NCBI GenBank assembly: GCA_020343875.1
Contig: CP070811.1
Location: 1,369,313-1,433,312, forward strand
Direction: 5' to 3'
Length of the DNA stretch: 64,000 nt
From: Anaerolineales bacterium
GTDB taxonomy: Bacteria; Chloroflexota; Anaerolineae; 4572-78; NAK82
The first letter of the stretch is position 1. The number at the start of each line of letters is the position of its first letter. Both the position numbers and the translations under genes were made by a program. Positions 8,658 to 18,209 of the stretch are shown piece after piece. Under the pieces are notes generated by a model, which ran no database searches, was not told where the DNA came from, and saw only the letters and a list, made by a program, of their open reading frames with translations.

Positions 8658-8785
8658 GACCTTATGAAATATGCTATAAAATAGGTAATATTAGTATTAA
8701 TTAAAGAGATAATTGGCTTCACCGCACACGTCTTATTTGCGACCAGCGTGTTCAGATAGGTAGCACGCTGCTTGTAGCGAGCAAT

Positions 8786-8814
8786 TTGCCAACCCCAAAA
8801 ACATTCCATATAAT
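8786..8814 (+). promoter_or_regulatory. Sigma70-like promoter for ychF (TTGCCA-17-TATAAT)
   Basis: TTGCCA at 8786-8791 and TATAAT at 8809-8814, with a 17-nt spacer. Confidence 0.5.
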
Positions 8815-8866
8815 GACGTTAGCCCAGTCCCCCTGTCTCACCCAGCACAGAAAGAGGAGGTGAGGT

Positions 8867-9991
8867 TTGCCCCTCCGAATCGGCATCGTCGGGCTGCCCA
8901 ACGCCGGCAAGAGCACCCTCTTCAACGCGCTCACGCAAGCCAATGCGGCTGTAGCCAGTTACCCCTTCACCACTATCGAGCCCCATGTGGGAGTGGCCGA
9001 AGTGCCCGATCCGCGGCTGGAGGCTATCGCCAGCCTGATCAAACCTGATAAAGTGGTCCCTACCACCATACAGTTTGTGGACATTGCTGGGCTGGTGAAA
9101 GGAGCGCACCGGGGGGAGGGATTGGGCAACCAGTTTCTGGCCCACATCCGCGAGGTGGACGCCATCGCCCTGGTGCTGCGCTGTTTCGAGAATCCGGACG
9201 TGGCTCATATGTCGACCCGACTGGATCCGACCGAGGATCTGGAAGTGCTCGACCTGGAGCTATCGCTGGCCGACCTGGGCACAGTGGAGCGCCGGATTGA
9301 ACGCACACAGGCCGCATCCAAAGCACACCCCAAAGACTTCGAGCACGAACTGGCGGCCTTGGATCTACTCAGAGAGCATCTAGCCCAGGGCCGTCCAGCT
9401 CGCGCTTTTCCCGCAGCCGGGGCTAAGGTTGATACCAGTGGCCGGGCCCAGCCCCTGGTGGCCGAACTCTTTTTGTTGACTAACAAGCCTCGCCTGTTGG
9501 TGGCCAACGTTGGTGAAGAAGCTCTGCCCGATGGTGGCCCGATGGCAGCGCAAGTAATCGAGACAGCGGCCAGAGAGGGCAGCCAGGCTGTGGTGTTGTG
9601 TGCCGACTGCGAATCGGCCCTGGTTGAGTGGCCACCGGACGAGGCAGCTGCTTACCGGGCCGAGTTGGGATTAAGTGCTCCTGGCTTAGAGCGGCTTGTG
9701 CAGGCCAGCTACCAATTGCTGAACCTGATCACCTTTTTCACGATCACTGGCGGCGAGGTAGTTCGCGCCTGGACCCTGCACCGAGGTGAGTCTGCCTGGC
9801 ACGCCGCCGGCCAGGTTCACACTGACATGCAGCAGGGTTTCATCCGTGCTGATGTGGTGCGGCACGCTGATCTGTTAGCCGCTGGTTCGATGGCTGCCAC
9901 TCGTGAAGCAGGCAGACTGCGCTCAGAGGGTCGAGACTACTTAGTCCAAGATGGGGATGTGATTCACATTCACTTCTCAGCTAGAGCATAA
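8867..9991 (+). CDS. ychF: Ribosome-binding ATPase YchF (Obg-like GTPase family)
   Basis: [24 protein letters not shown]-loop, with the C-terminal TGS-like end ...[22 protein letters not shown] start is preceded by GAGGAGGTGAGG. Confidence 0.9.
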   Translation: MPLRIGIVGLPNAGKSTLFNALTQANAAVASYPFTTIEPHVGVAEVPDPRLEAIASLIKPDKVVPTTIQFVDIAGLVKGAHRGEGLGNQFLAHIREVDAIALVLRCFENPDVAHMSTRLDPTEDLEVLDLELSLADLGTVERRIERTQAASKAHPKDFEHELAALDLLREHLAQGRPARAFPAAGAKVDTSGRAQPLVAELFLLTNKPRLLVANVGEEALPDGGPMAAQVIETAAREGSQAVVLCADCESALVEWPPDEAAAYRAELGLSAPGLERLVQASYQLLNLITFFTITGGEVVRAWTLHRGESAWHAAGQVHTDMQQGFIRADVVRHADLLAAGSMAATREAGRLRSEGRDYLVQDGDVIHIHFSARA

Positions 9992-10008
9992 AACTCCGCA
10001 CCGCCAGT

Positions 10009-10037
10009 TTGCAGAAACAGCAGCTTTGTGATATAGT
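10009..10037 (+). promoter_or_regulatory. Sigma70-like promoter for rpsF-ssb-rpsR (TTGCAG-17-TATAGT)
   Basis: TTGCAG at 10009-10014 and TATAGT at 10032-10037, with a 17-nt spacer. Confidence 0.4.
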
Positions 10038-10050
10038 ACTTCTCTGCCAG

Positions 10051-10106
10051 ACGAGGGCCAACCACAATGGAGACCCTCGTTCTTTCTGCTCCCGGCTTTG
10101 GCCGGG
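10051..10106 (+). promoter_or_regulatory. Structured rpsF 5' leader (two hairpins), possible S6:S18 autoregulatory element
   Basis: ACGAGGG-N16-CCCUCGU (10051-10080) and CCCGGC-UUUG-GCCGGG (10091-10106) lie immediately before the rpsF SD. Confidence 0.3.
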
Positions 10107-10135
10107 GGTAATCCCGTGGAAAGGAGGTGTTTGGC

Positions 10136-10423
10136 ATGAGGAACTACGAGCTTGGATTCATCCTCCACCCCCAAGTGGAGCAACCAGACGTCACCCAAGT
10201 TGTCGACAGAGTAGGCCAGTATGTAACGGCCGGCGGCGGCGAAGTGGCGTCTGTTGACGTTTGGGGACGACGCGAACTCGCTTATCCCATTCGCAAGCAG
10301 CAAGAAGGCACCTACGTATTCCTCCAGGCGCAGCTTGACCCCCAGGCCGTTGACGAGTTGGAGCGGAACCTCAAGCTGGATGAGCAAGTCCTTCGTTATC
10401 TCCTGCTCCGTCTAGATGAGTAG
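10136..10423 (+). CDS. rpsF: 30S ribosomal protein S6
   Basis: MRNYELGFILHPQVEQ...WGRRELAYPIRKQQEGTYVFLQ. ATG 10136 is preceded by GGAGG. Confidence 0.9.
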   Translation: MRNYELGFILHPQVEQPDVTQVVDRVGQYVTAGGGEVASVDVWGRRELAYPIRKQQEGTYVFLQAQLDPQAVDELERNLKLDEQVLRYLLLRLDE

Positions 10424-10539
10424 TCATACCCACATAAAGCAGTGAAAAACGGGCTTTGGCTGAAGTCGGTGTAAGCCGATGTCAAAGGGAGTCATTCGGT
10501 AGCGCCCCCAGAGTGACAACAGATGGAGGATTAGAAGAG

Positions 10540-10920
10540 ATGGGACGAGGATTGAACAAAGTAATGATCATTGGTAACCTCGGTCGCAATCCAGAAATGC
10601 GATACACTCCTAGCGGCAAACCGGTCACATCGTTTAGTATAGCTTCTAGCCGCAGTTGGATTGCCTCAGATGGCGAGCGACGCGAAGAAACGGAATGGTT
10701 CAATGTGGTTGCGTGGGGAAATCTGGCCGAGATTTGCAACCAGCATTTATCTAAGGGACAGCAAATATACATTGAGGGCCGACTCCAGACCCGGAGTTGG
10801 GAAGACGACAACGGCCAACGACATTTTCGAACTGAGGTTGTAGCCAACGAGATGATTATCCTCGGCAACCGTGCTGGCTACGACCAAAACTACATTTCAA
10901 CTGAAGAAAACCATTTTTGA
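10540..10920 (+). CDS. ssb: Single-stranded DNA-binding protein
   Basis: MGRGLNKVMIIGNLGRNPEMRYTPSGKPVTSFSIA...TEWFNVVAWGNLAE OB-fold, with an acidic/aromatic C-terminal tip (EENHF). ATG 10540 is preceded by GGAGG. Confidence 0.9.
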   Translation: MGRGLNKVMIIGNLGRNPEMRYTPSGKPVTSFSIASSRSWIASDGERREETEWFNVVAWGNLAEICNQHLSKGQQIYIEGRLQTRSWEDDNGQRHFRTEVVANEMIILGNRAGYDQNYISTEENHF

Positions 10921-10985
10921 GGCCGACGATTTACCAGTTGACCTTGGTCAGGTGAGTCAGGTCTTGTGAAAAATTGGAGGTATCT

Positions 10986-11357
10986 ATGCCAAGCAAAGCA
11001 ACTCGCTCTGAAGATTACGTAGAGGAAGAAGACGCTCAAGAGGAAGAAGAGGAAGAAGAATCGTTTTCACGTCCTCGACAAGATAGGAGGCCTGCTGGCA
11101 GGTCTTTCCAGCGCCCCAGCGGTAGGCGCTTCCGGCCCCGGCGCAAAGTATGTTCTTTTTGCGTGGACAAGGTGAAAGAGATCAGCTATAAAGAAACGGA
11201 TGGACTCCGTCGCTTTCTTGATGGTCACGGGAAGATCATACCACGACGCAAGACGGGAACGTGCGCTAAACACCAGCGAAGGCTAGCATTAGCTGTAAAG
11301 CGAGCACGCCATCTGGCATTGCTGCCTTTTACTGCTCGCCGGACCCCTTACAGATGA
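10986..11357 (+). CDS. rpsR: 30S ribosomal protein S18 with long charged N-terminal extension
   Basis: Core is [65 protein letters not shown] 10986 is preceded by GGAGG. Confidence 0.9.
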   Translation: MPSKATRSEDYVEEEDAQEEEEEEESFSRPRQDRRPAGRSFQRPSGRRFRPRRKVCSFCVDKVKEISYKETDGLRRFLDGHGKIIPRRKTGTCAKHQRRLALAVKRARHLALLPFTARRTPYR

Positions 11358-11529
11358 CAATGGTTCCCACTTCAAGGCCTGGCCCAGATGGCCAGACAGA
11401 TGAATGCTGTTCTATGGGGCTGGTTGGAGCACGAGATGGGAGATTACTTATGTGCCGGGCGACTAATAATCACTGAGCAGAAGTGGCGGCCAGGGCTGGT
11501 CGCCTATCTGCTGTAGTACAGGAGTAACC

Positions 11530-12864
11530 ATGGCCAAAGGCAAACGACAACACAAGGAACCAACCAAGAAACAAATCGCAGTCTCGCGCCGCGAAAAAAA
11601 ACAGCAAAAGAGAGTCTTGATCGCCCTGGGGGTGGTGGCAATCCTAGTTCTGGGCGTCGCGCTGGCGGGGCTGTTCGACCAACTTGTTGCCAAGCCTAGC
11701 CGTCCGGTTGCGGTCGTTAACGATGTACGGATTAGAACCGATGAGTACCAGAGCCGGGTTCTTTACGAGCGCTTCATGCTGGACACAGTCATGCGAAACC
11801 TGCAAACCCAGCTTTCCTTGCTCGATCCGGAGGATCCAGCCAACGAGTTCGTGGCAAACTACTATCAGCAGATTGCCAGTCAAACCAACCAGCAGAGGCT
11901 AGGAGTTGACCGGCAGACTCTGGATGACATGGTAGATGAGCAACTGGTAAGTCAAAAAGCTGCTGAGCTGGGGTTAAACGTAAGTGAAGATGAACTTGAC
12001 GACGCAATACGGGCCCGCATAGCTTCCTTGTCGGGCTTCTTGACCGAGGCCCAGGCGACGGCAGTGGCCAGCACAGCCGTGGCGGTGACGGCCACGGCCG
12101 AAACCTTCACCCCTACGCCCGAACCGACCCCAACCAGCACCCTAACGGCCACCCTTGTCACTACAGACACACCGGACCTCGCTTCCGAAATACCTACTCC
12201 AGCCCCCACTCCAACTCGGCATATCATGACTGAAGACGAATTCAATCAGAATTACGCCGACTATCTAAGCCTCTTGAAAGAGCAGGCCGACCTTACCGAG
12301 GCTGAATATCGACATATCATAGAGGCCCAGCTGCTGTTCGACAAAGTCTACCAGCATTTCGCCGATCAGGAGCCGACCGAAGCAGACCAAGTCAACATCA
12401 GCCACATTCAGCTAGATACGCAAGAAGAAGCTGAAGCAGTTCTGGAACGGTTGAACGCTGGGGAGGATTTTGCTCTTGTCGCCTCTGAGGTCTCCACCGA
12501 CACTTTCACGGCAGCGGACGGCGGTGAACTTGGCTGGTTCCTTGAAGGCGAGTTGGTGTCGCGATTTGGCGGGGAATTCGAAAGTGCCGCTTTCTCACTC
12601 AGTCCGGGCAAGTATAGCGATCCAGTTCCATCGCCAGCCGGCTGGCACATTCTAAAAGTAAACGAACATAGTCTGCACCCGTTGAGCAGCTACCAACTGC
12701 GAACTCAACAGCAACAAGCCTTTTCCAACTGGCTACAGGAAGCACAAAGCGGGGAGGGAGTTGAGATCCTTTGGGATCCAGGCATGGCTCCCCCCGATCC
12801 ACTGCTCGAACGATCAGCCAATCCAGCAGGGGGAAGCATCCCTGTTAATAGCAGTAACCAATAA
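11530..12864 (+). CDS. Membrane-anchored parvulin-type peptidyl-prolyl isomerase (SurA/PrsA-like)
   Basis: N-terminal TM helix and a Pro/Thr linker. The C-terminal PPIC domain reads ISHIQL...EEAEAVLERLNAGEDFALVASEVSTD...GGELGWF...GWHILKV. Confidence 0.8.
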   Translation: MAKGKRQHKEPTKKQIAVSRREKKQQKRVLIALGVVAILVLGVALAGLFDQLVAKPSRPVAVVNDVRIRTDEYQSRVLYERFMLDTVMRNLQTQLSLLDPEDPANEFVANYYQQIASQTNQQRLGVDRQTLDDMVDEQLVSQKAAELGLNVSEDELDDAIRARIASLSGFLTEAQATAVASTAVAVTATAETFTPTPEPTPTSTLTATLVTTDTPDLASEIPTPAPTPTRHIMTEDEFNQNYADYLSLLKEQADLTEAEYRHIIEAQLLFDKVYQHFADQEPTEADQVNISHIQLDTQEEAEAVLERLNAGEDFALVASEVSTDTFTAADGGELGWFLEGELVSRFGGEFESAAFSLSPGKYSDPVPSPAGWHILKVNEHSLHPLSSYQLRTQQQQAFSNWLQEAQSGEGVEILWDPGMAPPDPLLERSANPAGGSIPVNSSNQ

Positions 12865-12871
12865 AATAAAT

Positions 12872-12916
12872 GGACGGTAGCCGGCAGAGTCACTATCCCT
12901 CTGCCGGCTACCGTCC
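12872..12916. terminator. Bidirectional intrinsic terminator between the convergent PPIase and relA genes
   Basis: Perfect 18-bp stem GGACGGTAGCCGGCAGAG / CTCTGCCGGCTACCGTCC with a 9-nt loop, flanked by A/T-rich runs on both sides. Confidence 0.7.
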
Positions 12917-12921
12917 AAATT

Positions 12922-15096
12922 TTAACTCGTTTGGCGGCGAGCTTCAACTACATTGGGTAGCCGTTCAATGCGAGCCAGTACACGGCTAAGCTGGTCTATA
13001 TCAGCGATTTCCAACGTGACCAGCATGGTGGCCATGTGATCTTTCTTGCGGGTTACCACGTTGGCAGCGCTCAAGTTGATGGCCTCGTCAGCGACAACCG
13101 AAGCAATGTCGCGCAGCAGCCCCTGCCGGTCGTAGGCTTCAACTCGCACATTAACCGGATGGGTTTCAGTCACCTCAACTCCCCAATCCACCTCAATCAA
13201 GCGTTCCCGGTCGTTCATACGCAGAACGTTTTGGCAATCCTGACGATGAATAGTTACACCACGACCCCGAGTGATGTATCCCACAATACCATCGCCAGGC
13301 AAGGGGTTGCAGCAGCGAGCCAGGTTGGTGAGTAGGTCACCTACACCACGAACCCGGATGCCGGTGGGTGGGGCGGCAGGTGCGACGCGGGCGATGGGGA
13401 ATTCAAAAGCCTCCTCCTCAGGCTTCATCAATTCAAGGGCACGCCCGGCAATTTGGTGGGCGTTGATGTCGCCGCCCCCGATTGCTGCCAAAAAATCATC
13501 CACCTTTTCAAAACTGAATCTTTTGGCAATATGGTCAAATGGCGTTTCATCCAGGCCTAGTCGCTTAAGCTCCCGCTCCAGCACTTCACGACCCTGAACG
13601 ACATTCTCATCCCGGTTCTGTCGCTTAAACCATTGGCGGATTTTACTGCGTGCACGCGAAGTCTTTACGTAGCCCAAGTGCGGATTCAGCCAGTCCCGGC
13701 TGGGGCCGCCCCGTTTGGCAGTCAGAATCTCCAACTGGTCGCCGCTCCGCAGTTGATAGTCCAGTGCGACCAGCTTGCCATTCACCTTGGCTCCTCGGCA
13801 GCGATTTCCCACTTCGGTGTGAATGTGGTAAGCAAAGTCAATAGGCGTAGAGCCAGCAGGCAAATCAATGATGTCGCCCCGGGGTGTGAACGTATAGACG
13901 CGATCCTGGAAGACATCAGTCTTGAGGGAGTCGATGAATTCGTGGGCATCGGTCACCTCCTGCCGCCACTCCATCAACTGGCGCAGCCAGGCGATCTTGT
14001 TATCGAAGATTGGATCTTGCTTGTGGCCTTCTTTGTAGCGCCAGTGAGCAGCGATGCCTAATTCTGCTGTGTAATCCATCTCGTAGGTACGAATTTGCAC
14101 TTCGAGCGGCTTCCCCTCCGGCCCAACAACGGCAGTGTGCAAAGATCGATACATATTGTCCTTGGGGGTAGCGATATAGTCATCAAACTCACCCGGGATG
14201 GGACGCCAAAGGCTATGGATGATACCCAATGCGGTGTAGCAATCAGGAACAGACTCTGCAGTAACTCTCACACCACGCACATCGTAAATCTGGTCGAAAT
14301 CCACCTCTTTGCGACTCATCTTGCGGTAAATGCTGTAAATGTGCTTGGGGCGTCCTGAAACCTCGGCCCGGACGCCAGATTTTTTGAGCTCCTCCCGCAC
14401 CCGGTTGACGACCTTGGCAATGTAAACTTCACGGTCAGGGCGACGCTCGTCAATGAGAGTGACGATTTCTTTGTAGGTCTCAGGCTCCAGGTAACGCAGC
14501 GAAAGATCTTCCAGTTCCCATTTGATCTGCCAAATGCCCAACCGGTTAGCCAATGGCGCGAATATCTCCAGTGTTTCTCTAGCAATTCGCTTGCGCTTGT
14601 GTTCTGGTAACGAGCCGAGAGTGCGCATGTTGTGAAGCCGGTCTGCCAACTTGATGAGCACCACGCGCACATCGTCTACCATAGCCAAGAACATCTTACG
14701 CAGACTTTCAGCCTTGGTATCCTCCCTGATATTGCGCTCACTCATACCGCTTAACTGGTCAATTTGGCCCAGCTTGGTGACCCCATCAACCAATTTGGCG
14801 ATTTCTTCTCCGAATTCGGCTTCCAGGTGTTCGTAGGTAATGTCGGTATCTTCTAGCGTGTCATGCATCAAGGCAGCTGCCAATGTAGCAGAATCTAAGT
14901 GCAACTCTGCCAGCATTTGGGCGACTGCCAGACAATGCTGCATATAAGGCTCGCCAGAAGCACGTGTCTGATCGGCGTGGGCCAGGCTGGCCAGCGCAAA
15001 TGCACGGCCAAGCAACTCTCGCTCAGCCTCGGAACGCCCATTTCCCAGGCTCGCCATCCAAGGCTCAAACTCCATAACTTCACGAGATTTCTTCAT
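12922..15096 (-). CDS. relA: Bifunctional (p)ppGpp synthetase/hydrolase RelA/SpoT homologue
   Basis: HD hydrolase region (HDTLEDT), synthetase region (YRSLHTAV...EVQIRT), TGS and ACT domains at the C-terminus. ATG 15096 (MKKSREV...) is preferred over the ORF-track start. Confidence 0.9.
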   Translation of the reverse strand: MKKSREVMEFEPWMASLGNGRSEAERELLGRAFALASLAHADQTRASGEPYMQHCLAVAQMLAELHLDSATLAAALMHDTLEDTDITYEHLEAEFGEEIAKLVDGVTKLGQIDQLSGMSERNIREDTKAESLRKMFLAMVDDVRVVLIKLADRLHNMRTLGSLPEHKRKRIARETLEIFAPLANRLGIWQIKWELEDLSLRYLEPETYKEIVTLIDERRPDREVYIAKVVNRVREELKKSGVRAEVSGRPKHIYSIYRKMSRKEVDFDQIYDVRGVRVTAESVPDCYTALGIIHSLWRPIPGEFDDYIATPKDNMYRSLHTAVVGPEGKPLEVQIRTYEMDYTAELGIAAHWRYKEGHKQDPIFDNKIAWLRQLMEWRQEVTDAHEFIDSLKTDVFQDRVYTFTPRGDIIDLPAGSTPIDFAYHIHTEVGNRCRGAKVNGKLVALDYQLRSGDQLEILTAKRGGPSRDWLNPHLGYVKTSRARSKIRQWFKRQNRDENVVQGREVLERELKRLGLDETPFDHIAKRFSFEKVDDFLAAIGGGDINAHQIAGRALELMKPEEEAFEFPIARVAPAAPPTGIRVRGVGDLLTNLARCCNPLPGDGIVGYITRGRGVTIHRQDCQNVLRMNDRERLIEVDWGVEVTETHPVNVRVEAYDRQGLLRDIASVVADEAINLSAANVVTRKKDHMATMLVTLEIADIDQLSRVLARIERLPNVVEARRQTS

Positions 15097-15261
15097 AGCA
15101 TCCACACATAGCCAGAAATAAGGCACAAGACCAGTATGAGTATAATCCTGTTGTTCAATTTTAGCAACGAGAATCTGCCCAGGCAACACTCTTGAACGAA
15201 TACACAACCCGGTGTCAGAAGACCACGAAGCTAATACGCTCTAGGAAAATGTGGTGGGAGC

Positions 15262-16116
15262 TTATGTATGCTGTAAATCTTCCCAATGAGGCATTTCGGG
15301 AAGCCGGCCAGCACCAGGGATATCGCCTTGTACCTGGTCGCCAGACACGTAAGTTAGACTGACGGAGATATTGTCCTCTCCACCGCGCTCGTTGGCTAGG
15401 GCCACCAATTGCCGAACAGCTTCAGCATGGGGGTAGGCGCGCCCGATGTCAACCAACTCGCGATTACTCACGAGGCGAGTCAATCCATCACTGCATAAGA
15501 TAATTATGTCATCCGGAGCAAGCTGGCGGACGAAGAGGTCTACTTGTACAGTCTCGTAAGCGCCAACGCTACGCAAAATAACGTTCCGGTAAGGGTGGGT
15601 AGCCGCCTGTTCAGCGGTGATAGCGCCGTCACTGATCATCTCGGCCACCAGGCTGTGATCCTCGGTGACCTGTTCAATGCCTTCGCCTCGGATCAGGTAG
15701 GCTCGGCTATCACCCACGTTGGCCACAATCAAATCATCGCCCCGAATTAGCGCGGCTACCACCGTGGTGGCCATTTCTCGATTATCGGGGCGATCAAGAT
15801 TCCGGGCATAGATCTCAGCATTGGCCTCCTCTATAGCCAGACGCAATCGGGTGCCTAGGTCATCTCCAGCACTGTGATAGTAAGCGTGGAGAATCCTGCT
15901 GACGGCATATTGGCTAGCAACATCGCCCGCCGCGGCCCCACCTACTCCGTCAGCCAGTACGTACAAGCGCCCGTGGGCTTCCAGATCAGCAATGCGATGT
16001 GGCTCGTAAAGTCCAACGTAGTCTTCGTTATGCCGTCGTTTTTGACCCACATCGGATAACTGGCTGGACTCGACCACCCATTCCGGCATCATCCGCTCCT
16101 TCAACTGGTGCGGCAT
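15262..16116 (-). CDS. PP2C-family Ser/Thr protein phosphatase
   Basis: SDVGQKRRHNEDY..., LADGVGG..., CSDGLT... and GGEDNISV motifs. The true start may be the internal ATG-ATG at ~16092/16089, which is preceded by AAGGAG. Confidence 0.85.
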   Translation of the reverse strand: MPHQLKERMMPEWVVESSQLSDVGQKRRHNEDYVGLYEPHRIADLEAHGRLYVLADGVGGAAAGDVASQYAVSRILHAYYHSAGDDLGTRLRLAIEEANAEIYARNLDRPDNREMATTVVAALIRGDDLIVANVGDSRAYLIRGEGIEQVTEDHSLVAEMISDGAITAEQAATHPYRNVILRSVGAYETVQVDLFVRQLAPDDIIILCSDGLTRLVSNRELVDIGRAYPHAEAVRQLVALANERGGEDNISVSLTYVSGDQVQGDIPGAGRLPEMPHWEDLQHT

Positions 16117-16266
16117 AGACCTCTACAAAGCTGAATATAAGAATAGCACAATTTGTGCAGAATTTCAACCAGAGCATCAACTCAACAGCGACGGCCCGCT
16201 TTGCCTCATCCAGCTGACGTGGTATAATTACATGTTGTTGTACTCATATCTCTATGGAGTTGCTTT

Positions 16267-16551
16267 ATGTCCCGCCGAAAACCAAGCAGGTCATCATCAA
16301 AAAAACGTCGCCCTTCAATATCTCAGATCATCTTTTATGTACTCAGTCTGGTCATTGTGCTGAGTATGACAATCGGCTTTGTCATCAGCATGCTTCCCAC
16401 GCCGACTGACCAGCCCTCAGTCGTCACGCCTACTCCGGTGATCTTCGCCACCATTACGCCAACACCCACGCAAGAGCCAACCACCACTCTCACACCGGCC
16501 ATTGAGGAGCCATCGGCTGACGGCGAAGCGTCTCCCCAACCCGACCAGTGA
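16267..16551 (+). CDS. Small membrane protein with Pro/Thr-rich tail (hypothetical)
   Basis: Basic N-terminus, one TM helix (IIFYVLSLVIVLSMTIGFVISML), then a PT-rich region. A TGgTATAAT-like -10 lies at ~16221-16228. Confidence 0.4.
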   Translation: MSRRKPSRSSSKKRRPSISQIIFYVLSLVIVLSMTIGFVISMLPTPTDQPSVVTPTPVIFATITPTPTQEPTTTLTPAIEEPSADGEASPQPDQ

Positions 16552-16557
16552 CCCAGC

Positions 16558-16797
16558 TTACCCTTCCTTTAGAGCCATAGGCAACCCAGCCACCAGCAGA
16601 AGCGCCGCCGCCGGCAAGTCCGGCAACAGTTGAGTGAGGAGAAAATCGAAGCCGGCCAGCATCGCGCCCAAGATGAGTCCAATCAGAGGGAACCAGGCCA
16701 GCGAACGGACTGGTCGCTGGGCAGCTAGACCGCGCCGACCAACGGGGATAGCAGTGAGCAATTGCCAAGCGACCAGAAAACTCATAACCAAATACAA
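16558..16797 (-). CDS. 79-aa membrane protein resembling only the N-terminal segment of CobS (cobalamin synthase); possible gene remnant
   Basis: WQLLTAIPVGRR...AWFPLIGLILGAMLAGF resembles the CobS N-terminus, but the ORF ends with TAA after 79 aa (CobS is ~250 aa). Confidence 0.25.
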   Translation of the reverse strand: MYLVMSFLVAWQLLTAIPVGRRGLAAQRPVRSLAWFPLIGLILGAMLAGFDFLLTQLLPDLPAAALLLVAGLPMALKEG

Positions 16798-16846
16798 GAA
16801 ACGCCACAGACGAACTGAATCCCTCGCCTATGACCAAGATAGGGCG

Positions 16847-17965
16847 CTACACGTAACGTGGCAAAGACAGTCCAGTCCCAGCCAGCGCCAGGCCAACAGC
16901 AACCAGCACCAATTCCCCAACCGAGAGGTGACGACTCGGCGCGTCCTGCTCACCGCCGGTGACAGGCAACTCGACTGGGGCAGCCACCTCGCCTACGTCC
17001 ACCGAACCCGTCACGTCGAGAAAGGCTTTGCCTGCCAGAGCCGGGACTGCCTGCACCGTGGCCAGGAAATTGTCGCCAGGCACAGCAGCCTGCCAGGCAA
17101 AGGCACCATTTTCCAGCTGTAGAGCGATAAGCGCAGCCGTAGGCGTAATTTCTCCCAGCGCCCAGTCGTCGCCGGCCGGATCATTTCCAGTGGCAATCAG
17201 CGCCTGAATGACGTATGCCGTGGAGTTGGCGTCAGTGTCAGAGCCAAAGTCAGAGGGTTTTTGGTAAGGGAAGCCGCCATCTTCGTTTTGAATGCCACGC
17301 AGATACTCCAACGCCTGGCTCACGGCGGCATCTTGACCACCGGCTGCCACCAGTGCCTGAACGGCCAAGGCTGTGCTATTGCTGTCGCTGCTGCCAGGCA
17401 TAGTGTCGCCGTTCCAACTCCAGCTTCCGTCTGCAAGCTGAACGTCGACCAGCCAGTCTGCCGCCGGGGCCGGGACGGGGCGTCCCGTGGCTTTTAGGGC
17501 AAGAATCGCCAGCGACTGCTCAAATACATTACCAGCCTCCAGACCACCGTGCGGGCCACTGTCGTCCAGCTCGGCTTCCAGCGCAGCTACCAAATCCACC
17601 CCGCCGAAGTCACGCGGATTTTGATCGGCAGCCACGCTCGCCAGGATCAACTTAGCAGTATCGCCTGGTTTGGCCAGAGCGCCGCGTACCTGGCTCTCCA
17701 GGAAAGTGATGGGGGTATTTCCGCCTTGATCCCATTGCATAGGATCTTCGCCGCCGCCCACAATGGCAAAGATCGCTTCTATGGTTGCTCCCAGGCTGCT
17801 GGTGCTATCGAAATCTCCGGCAAAACCGCCATCTGGGTTCTGGTGAGCACGTAACCAGTCCAGCGCCTCTGGCGACCCGGCCACCACTGGCATTACGCTC
17901 CACAACACCAAGATCCCCACACTGCACAGTAAGATCAAGTGTCTCATAGGTCGTTTCTCCTTCAT
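16847..17965 (-). CDS. Secreted, sortase-anchored protein with prenyltransferase/squalene-cyclase-like (alpha/alpha toroid) repeats
   Basis: Signal peptide and repeated QNPDGGF / QNEDGGFPY / LADGSWSW / LENGAFAW motifs. The C-terminal LPVTG is followed by a hydrophobic helix and a short basic tail. Confidence 0.65.
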   Translation of the reverse strand: MKEKRPMRHLILLCSVGILVLWSVMPVVAGSPEALDWLRAHQNPDGGFAGDFDSTSSLGATIEAIFAIVGGGEDPMQWDQGGNTPITFLESQVRGALAKPGDTAKLILASVAADQNPRDFGGVDLVAALEAELDDSGPHGGLEAGNVFEQSLAILALKATGRPVPAPAADWLVDVQLADGSWSWNGDTMPGSSDSNSTALAVQALVAAGGQDAAVSQALEYLRGIQNEDGGFPYQKPSDFGSDTDANSTAYVIQALIATGNDPAGDDWALGEITPTAALIALQLENGAFAWQAAVPGDNFLATVQAVPALAGKAFLDVTGSVDVGEVAAPVELPVTGGEQDAPSRHLSVGELVLVAVGLALAGTGLSLPRYV

Positions 17966-18049
17966 GGCATCAAATAGCCGGATGCCCCCCTGATCTGCTT
18001 TTACCAGATCTCATTCGCGGAAAAGGTATAGTGAAATAGCTCATCACAC

Positions 18050-18076
18050 AAAAAACCCTTGCCGTTTTGACAAGGG
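18050..18076 (-). terminator. Intrinsic terminator downstream of the response-regulator gene
   Basis: Minus strand reads CCCUUG-N9-CAAGGG followed by UUUUUUG. Confidence 0.5.
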
Positions 18077-18209
18077 AACCCATTCACTCTTTCCGCCTTA
18101 AGCTCCAGCATCCAAGCATTGAGCCAATCACGCCTGATAGAAACTACCATCCGCCAGAACCTTAGGAGGCTCGAAATCACTCAGAAATGTAGTGTACAAT
18201 AGGCACGTA

